A stretch of DNA of 20,000 nucleotides from an uncultured virus (IMG/VR IMGVR_UViG_3300028888_000112) (lineage: Duplodnaviria; Heunggongvirae; Uroviricota; Caudoviricetes). Of the stretch, positions 15,596-20,000 are shown piece after piece. Position numbers and translations under genes: made by a program. The stretch's first letter is position 1. Every line of letters begins with the position of its first letter. Location of the stretch: IMG/VR virus record IMGVR_UViG_3300028888_000112; one strand, written 5' to 3'. Below the pieces are notes generated by a model. It had not been told where the DNA came from. It worked only from the letters and a program-made list of their open reading frames with translations, and searched no databases.

Positions 15596-15847
15596 ATGAC
15601 AAGAGATGAAGAAATAGAACAAGTAGCAAAAGACATAGCAAGAAAATTCTACAATGAAGAAAATCCAAATATTGCTTATCGTTCAGTGAGACAAGGTATA
15701 TTATGGGCTGACCAGCACCCATCTATAGATACAGTAAAGAAGATTATATGTTATGCACTAAAGAAAACAAACATAATGCTTGCAGAAGACTTGGAAAACG
15801 GTGTAGAATGGGAACTTTTAATTAAACAAGCAATGAAAGGAGAATAG
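15596..15847 (+). CDS. Array protein (MTRDEEI...G..WADQHP...QAMKGE)
   Basis: Shares the C-terminal MKGE* junction with its neighbours. Confidence 0.8.
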   Translation: MTRDEEIEQVAKDIARKFYNEENPNIAYRSVRQGILWADQHPSIDTVKKIICYALKKTNIMLAEDLENGVEWELLIKQAMKGE

Positions 15848-15851
15848 AACT

Positions 15852-16121
15852 ATGGAAATAACAAACAAAGAAAAAGCAAGGGAAATTTGCGGTTGTGGTA
15901 ACTGCCACCACAATTTTAAAGGAAACGAATGCCTAAAGTATACGGGAATATTATGTTGTTTGAAACCTTGTTTTAAAGACACATTACAAGCAATGGAGTG
16001 GAAAGACGAGCAGTTCGTACAAGAAAAGCAACAACTGATTGATAAGGCTTGGGATTGGCTCACTAATCAAAAGGGCGAGCACACCAAAGAAGACTTTATT
16101 AAAGCAATTAAAGGAGAGTAA
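15852..16121 (+). CDS. Array family A protein with a Cys-rich insert
   Basis: TNKEKAREI[CGCGNCHH..C..CC..C]QAMEWKDEQ..QEKQQLIDKA...IKGE*. Confidence 0.8.
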   Translation: MEITNKEKAREICGCGNCHHNFKGNECLKYTGILCCLKPCFKDTLQAMEWKDEQFVQEKQQLIDKAWDWLTNQKGEHTKEDFIKAIKGE

Positions 16122-16123
16122 TT

Positions 16124-16300
16124 ATGAAATCAAGAGCCGTTACTGTAATAGTAAAAGAAACCGATGATGAACGCAGTGTTGCTTCCGATTTTAAATCTTT
16201 ACGAAAAGCCGCAAGAGCAATCAATGTAAGTGAAGATATTATTAGGGACTGCTGCAACGGAAAAAGAGAACACGATATTTTTAAATTTAAATGGATTTAA
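16124..16300 (+). CDS. Stand-alone NUMOD1/IENR1-like helix-turn-helix protein (58 aa); not in the ORF track
   Basis: FKSLRKAARAINVSEDIIRDCCNGKREHDIFKFKW fits the F.S..EAAR.....I..CC.GK....(F/Y).W pattern of homing-endonuclease DNA-binding modules; no nuclease domain. Confidence 0.7.
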   Translation: MKSRAVTVIVKETDDERSVASDFKSLRKAARAINVSEDIIRDCCNGKREHDIFKFKWI

Positions 16301-16316
16301 TTAAAGGAGAATAGAA

Positions 16317-16478
16317 ATGTACGAGTTTAAATGGAACATAAAGATTGGACTTCTGTGCGTATCGTGGGCGAAAGACTACGAAAGCGACTTTATGAAGTTC
16401 GCGGAGACTTACGCAGACGAATCATTGGTGTTCCTGCGCATATACAAATTGTGTTTAACTAAATTTAAAAGAGTATGA
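16317..16478 (+). CDS. Hypothetical protein (53 aa); not in the ORF track
   Basis: MYEFKWNIKIGLLCVSWAKDY...KFKRV*; preceded by AAAGGAGAATAGAA and ATGA-coupled to the next gene. Confidence 0.65.
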   Translation: MYEFKWNIKIGLLCVSWAKDYESDFMKFAETYADESLVFLRIYKLCLTKFKRV

Positions 16479-17482
16479 ATATGACTACTTACGAGAGAGC
16501 GAAAGCTTATGAGCATGTTTCTCAAAAAGTGAAAGACTTTTTTGAAGGCAAGCAAAAAATGTATAGTGACGTTAAACAAACATTAGAGTATCTTTTCCCT
16601 GAGCTTGCGGGGAGCGAGGATATTAGAGAGCGTTTAATTAACACCATTAAATCTTCGGCACAAATTGATTATTGTTTACAAAAAGAAGGATTCAAAGTAA
16701 AAGAAGTGATTGCTTGGCTTGAAAAGCAAGGTGAGTTGATAGAGAAACCAACTAAAGACCAAGTGTGGGATTATTGCAGTAAAATATCAAGAGAGTGGTG
16801 GCAGATAACTATGAATAGGTGGAATACTCTCACTGATGAAGAAAAAGACAAATATAACCAATTTATTGGCTTTAATGATTTTAGTGACACGTTGATGAAC
16901 ATCACCGCAGGTGCATTGTTTCAATTAAGAGATACAGGCAAATTGGAATATGAGGAAGGAGGTTTACTACTTGAAAAACCAGATGATACACCAAAACCAC
17001 TTAAAGTTATAAATGAAAAACAAGAGTGGAGTGAGGAGGATGAATATTACATCAATACAATTCTCAACGGGCTTGATTTAAAGAGATGTCTCTTTAGGAA
17101 AGAAGGAAATGAAATAGAAGAAGAGAGATACAATACACAATATAATTGGCTCAAATCCTTCAAAAACAGAGTACAACTGCAACAAAAACAAGAGTGGAGT
17201 GAGGAGGATGAGGTTATGCTTCAAACCACAATAGATACTTTGGAAGATTTTAGTAAAGGCAAATTACCGCTTTCTGGTTCTGGATATGATATTGCTATTG
17301 CAGAAATAGAGTGGCTTAAATCATTAAAACCACAATCACATTGGAAACCTACTGATGAGCAGATGAATTGCTTTAAGCAAGCGATTGATTTGTTCAAAAT
17401 GAAAGTCAATGATGATTTAGTTCTGCGGAATTTAAATTCGCTTTACAAGGAACTTGAAGATTTATATGAACAGGAGGGTTGA
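16475..17482 (+). CDS. Array family B protein, long form
   Basis: FPELAGSED, AWLEKQGE, KQEWSEEDE x2, WLKS x2, WKPTDEQ. Confidence 0.85.
   Translation: MNMTTYERAKAYEHVSQKVKDFFEGKQKMYSDVKQTLEYLFPELAGSEDIRERLINTIKSSAQIDYCLQKEGFKVKEVIAWLEKQGELIEKPTKDQVWDYCSKISREWWQITMNRWNTLTDEEKDKYNQFIGFNDFSDTLMNITAGALFQLRDTGKLEYEEGGLLLEKPDDTPKPLKVINEKQEWSEEDEYYINTILNGLDLKRCLFRKEGNEIEEERYNTQYNWLKSFKNRVQLQQKQEWSEEDEVMLQTTIDTLEDFSKGKLPLSGSGYDIAIAEIEWLKSLKPQSHWKPTDEQMNCFKQAIDLFKMKVNDDLVLRNLNSLYKELEDLYEQEG
17016..17211 (+). repeat. 28-bp exact direct repeat AAAAACAAGAGTGGAGTGAGGAGGATGA at 17016-17043 and 17184-17211
   Basis: Read directly; period 168 nt (in frame); the sequence between and after the copies is largely unrelated. 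Confidence 0.95.
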
Positions 17483-17485
17483 ATC

Positions 17486-17746
17486 ATGCAATCAATAACA
17501 ATGACGGACGAAGCGTATGATATTTCGATACAACGTCCAACAGAATACGAAAACAAGGGTTTCACGGACGAAGTGTACGTGCGGTTACAACGTTACAACG
17601 CTGCGATGTCGGCGATGGAGTGGATGATTGGGCGTGTGACCGAATGGTTGAACGAGAATGCAACGATATACGCACATTTCGACGATTATTCCACACTTGA
17701 CGAAATGGTCGAGGATTTGAAAAACGACATTAAACGTGGCGAATGA
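17486..17746 (+). CDS. Hypothetical protein, distant relative of array family A
   Basis: AAMSAMEW...EWL.EN...DLK..IKRGE*. Confidence 0.75.
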   Translation: MQSITMTDEAYDISIQRPTEYENKGFTDEVYVRLQRYNAAMSAMEWMIGRVTEWLNENATIYAHFDDYSTLDEMVEDLKNDIKRGE

Positions 17747-17783
17747 CTAAAAACATACGGATATGAACAAGGAGGAAAAAACT

Positions 17784-18639
17784 ATGGACTATAAAGAAAA
17801 ATTGGAATTGGCTAAAGATTTGTATAATGACCAATCCACAACTAAAAAGGAAAAAGTATTGCTTGAAAACTTGTTCCCCGAACTTGCGGAAAGCGAGGAT
17901 GAGAATATAAGGAAAGAACTGATAAATTTTATTAAACAAGAAGCAAATAGTGCTACCTTAAACGCTAATAGATTGAAATTCAAATCTATGCTTACTTGAC
18001 TTGAAAAGCAAGGTGAACCACAAGATAACGGTGAAATATCTGATGGGTATCATACCTTTAATGAACTTTATTATTACCGAATGCTTTACAATGCTGCGTT
18101 CTTTAATATGCTTCCAAAGGAATGGGTACATAAAAGTAAGAAGCATCATGATGGTGAAGAGTGTTTTGGAGGAGGTTGGTTTATTGTAATGGCTAATCTT
18201 CCGACAGGACAGATTAGTAATCACTATGAACTTAAAGATTGGGATTTGTTCCAAATTACAGAAAAGGAAGTAGCAGACAAACGGGATGGTCATACCCCTC
18301 AAGAAGCAGCTGAAAGATTACATAAATATCTGCTTGAAAAGCAAGGTGAGCAGAAACCTGCGAGGCGGAGTGATAAAGAATTTGATGACTTCTTTAACTT
18401 GGAATCAATTATTGATATTGTAGAGATGTATGGTAAAGGAGAAGTTGATTTGTATGGTAGCAATGTTACATCTGAATTAAAATGGCTCAAATCACTTCGT
18501 GATAGGGTGTATTGGAATACCAACGGATGAGCAGCTACATTGTTTTAAATGTGTTATTGATTTTTATAAGATAAAAGTTAATGATACTATTGTTCTAAAC
18601 CTTCTTGATTCTCTTTACAATGACCTTAAAAAACTTTGA
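17784..18639 (+). pseudogene. Disrupted family B gene carrying a WDGH-motif domain insert
   Basis: In-frame TGA at 17997-17999 where paralogs have Trp (WLEKQGE); +1 frameshift near 18516-18519, after which PTDEQLHCFK..ID..K.KVND..VL..L.SLY..L aligns with the C-terminus of 16475-17482; insert SDGYHTFNELY..R...GWFIV...LPTGQISNHY...DGHT. Confidence 0.8.
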
Positions 18640-18642
18640 GAT

Positions 18643-18969
18643 ATGACAAATGAACAAAACAAACAAAAAGCAAGGGAGATTGTAGAACAATACGAAACGA
18701 GATATAATGATACTCGTGACTTGTTGTGGGAAGATTTGGAAGATATTGCTATGCAAGCGATGAATTGGAAGGACAAAAAGCGAAAAGAGTTGTGGCGCAT
18801 AACTCGCAACCATTACCAAGAATGGGCGGAAGAACAAATCGCAAAAGAAAAGCAAAAGCTGATTGAGAAGGCGGTGGAATACATTAAAATTCATACGCTT
18901 AAAACAATGAGTTCAAGGGACATAAACAATATAATAGTCGATTTCAAACAAGTAATGGAAGGAGAATGA
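18643..18969 (+). CDS. Array family A protein
   Basis: QKAREI...AMQAMNWKD...KEKQKLIEKAV...FKQVMEGE*. Confidence 0.8.
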   Translation: MTNEQNKQKAREIVEQYETRYNDTRDLLWEDLEDIAMQAMNWKDKKRKELWRITRNHYQEWAEEQIAKEKQKLIEKAVEYIKIHTLKTMSSRDINNIIVDFKQVMEGE

Positions 18970-18972
18970 GTT

Positions 18973-19514
18973 ATGGGTAGTATAGTTATGCAATGTCCAT
19001 ATTTTGTGACAGATGGTCTTTCAAGATTTTGTATGAATGGAAAATTTCCATGTGATTGTGAAAGATGTAGTTGTTCTGACAAACAATATGTTGAAATCAC
19101 TACAACCACAACAACGGGTACAAGTGAGCAACCTAATTATTTTAAAAAGAAATGGGCACAATACATTGACAAATCTGCTTTAGTAGCGGAGATAGAGAAA
19201 CTAATGAATAATTATAGCGAACTTCCAACTCGTAACTCCTATGAAGATGGATTAAAAGATGGCAGACTTATCGGATATAAAGATGCTCTGTATAAAATCA
19301 ACTCCCTTGAAGTGAAAGATGTGGACTTGGATGCTACTGATTACCAGAAACAGCAACTCATCGACAAAGCAAGAAGTTTCGTTATGGGGAAGCACTCAAC
19401 TACTTCGTCAGCGACGGGATCTTTGAACTCGGTGAGTTTATGAATGACCTTGAGGAATTTATGAAAGGAGAGTGGAGAGCTTGCGACAACTTCAAACACA
19501 AGCCGCTTTTATAA
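18973..19514 (+). pseudogene. Apparent fusion of a Cys-rich small gene with a (M)AQYIDKSALVAEIE gene, plus a frameshifted family A tail
   Basis: ATG-G-GCA-CAA at 19152-19161 looks like a start with one extra G. After KQQLIDKA, the family A ending (FMNDLEEFMKGE) lies in the -1 frame, which stops at 19514. Confidence 0.55.
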
Positions 19515-19531
19515 AAATAATACAATTTTTA

Positions 19532-19562
19532 TTTGGATATAACAAAACAACTATTACTTTTG
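19532..19562 (+). promoter_or_regulatory. Bacteroidota-type promoter (TTTG-N19-TACTTTTG)
   Basis: Perfect consensus; spacer shares TATAACAAAAC with the 1306 copy. Confidence 0.85.
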
Positions 19563-19605
19563 TAATCGCCAATATTGGTACAGAACAATTTAAAAAGTTT
19601 TAATT

Positions 19606-19809
19606 ATAGCAAGACGAGTAGAAATAGTAAAAGCGGCTCATAAATGGTGTGATCCGACTGAGAGCATACAACCAAGTGCTATTTTGGTATTTACAATGGG
19701 TGCGGAATGGGCTGTTAATTGGCTTGAAGGTGTAAGACTTGATTATTATTCTGAAAATACCAAAGAGTTTATTGAAAAATTTAAAAAGGATGCGGAGGAA
19801 CAGTTATGA
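19606..19809 (+). CDS. Hypothetical protein with an ATA in the expected start position (67 aa)
   Basis: AATT-ATA-GCA context; frame (M)ARRVEIVKAAHKW...FTMGAEWA..WLE...FIEKFKK; ATGA-coupled to the next gene. Confidence 0.6.
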   Translation: MARRVEIVKAAHKWCDPTESIQPSAILVFTMGAEWAVNWLEGVRLDYYSENTKEFIEKFKKDAEEQL

Positions 19810-20000
19810 TACATATTGTTAGAGCAATGGAATGTAATAAAGACGATTGTTCTTATTATTTAAATAGAGATTTCGCTTACAATGATTTGAATGAATATTA
19901 TATTAACAAGCAATATATTGTTCATATTGAAAAGGTCTTAATTATATATGGCACGAAACACATAGAAGGTGTTAAAATAAAAATGTCTAATGAAAGGATA
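19806..20000 (+). CDS. Hypothetical protein, 3'-truncated by the window edge
   Basis: Open from ATG 19806 to the end (MIHIVRAMECNKDD...). Confidence 0.65.
   Translation, partial: MIHIVRAMECNKDDCSYYLNRDFAYNDLNEYYINKQYIVHIEKVLIIYGTKHIEGVKIKMSNERI

Larger units (their letters stand above)
14486..18349 (+). repeat. Dispersed 14-bp exact repeat CTTGAAAAGCAAGG, five copies (14486, 14639, 16718, 18000, 18333); four extend to 17 bp with TGA
   Basis: Read directly; always encodes LEKQG with the same codons. Confidence 0.95.

Noticed and set aside
16124..16300. Active homing endonuclease
   Set aside because: Only the DNA-binding module is present; no HNH or GIY-YIG motif.
17997..17999. Genome-wide TGA-to-Trp recoding
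   Set aside because: TGA ends many tightly packed genes (e.g. 1916, 3796, 10758, 14800, 15305, 17482, 18969), often with ATGA coupling. Long genes have no internal TGA, and the same gene also has a frameshift.
14486..18349. CRISPR array or integron attC cassettes
   Set aside because: The repeats lie inside coding frames, are non-palindromic and irregularly spaced; no cas or intI gene and no attC-like inverted structure.
416..19109. Minus-strand and alternate-frame ORFs in the track
   Set aside because: They are shadows of well-supported + strand genes, with no motifs or independent signals.
1..20000. TAG-to-Gln recoding as in some crAss-like/Lak phages
   Set aside because: Coding density is already high in code 11. 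TAG stops (2569, 6792, 11430, 11718, 15847) are followed by new starts or a terminator, and readthrough at 11718 gives non-protein-like sequence.

Overview
A 20 kb segment of a tailed-phage genome. All credible genes are on the + strand and read with the standard code. The host is very likely Bacteroidota, based on repeated TTG-N19-TAnnTTTG promoters and gene families typical of gut Prevotella/Bacteroides phages. Layout: an NAD-dependent nucleotide-sugar epimerase (319-1296); small hypothetical genes; a recombination block (possible UvsY-like mediator, SSB with a DDLPF tail, DUF1064-like endonuclease, RecA/UvsX-like ATPase) closed by a terminator at 6823-6860; a tail-fibre-like gene followed by two AT-rich putative adhesin genes that both start MIRFWHWLN (the second has BspA-like LRRs); small membrane genes; a terminator/promoter at about 11980-12040; and an AT-rich accessory array (about 13.8-20 kb). 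The array is the most unusual part. Its genes belong to two paralogous families in which short junction motifs identical at the DNA level (CTTGAAAAGCAAGG x5, a 28-bp exact repeat, TGGAARGAYGARCA, AAAGGAGA) bracket unrelated in-frame inserts or whole small genes, which looks like cassette/domain shuffling. Several array genes carry lesions (in-frame TGA, frameshifts, a fusion, an ATA start). No reverse transcriptase, integrase, CRISPR array, tRNA or rRNA was seen. All family assignments come from manual motif recognition, not database searches.
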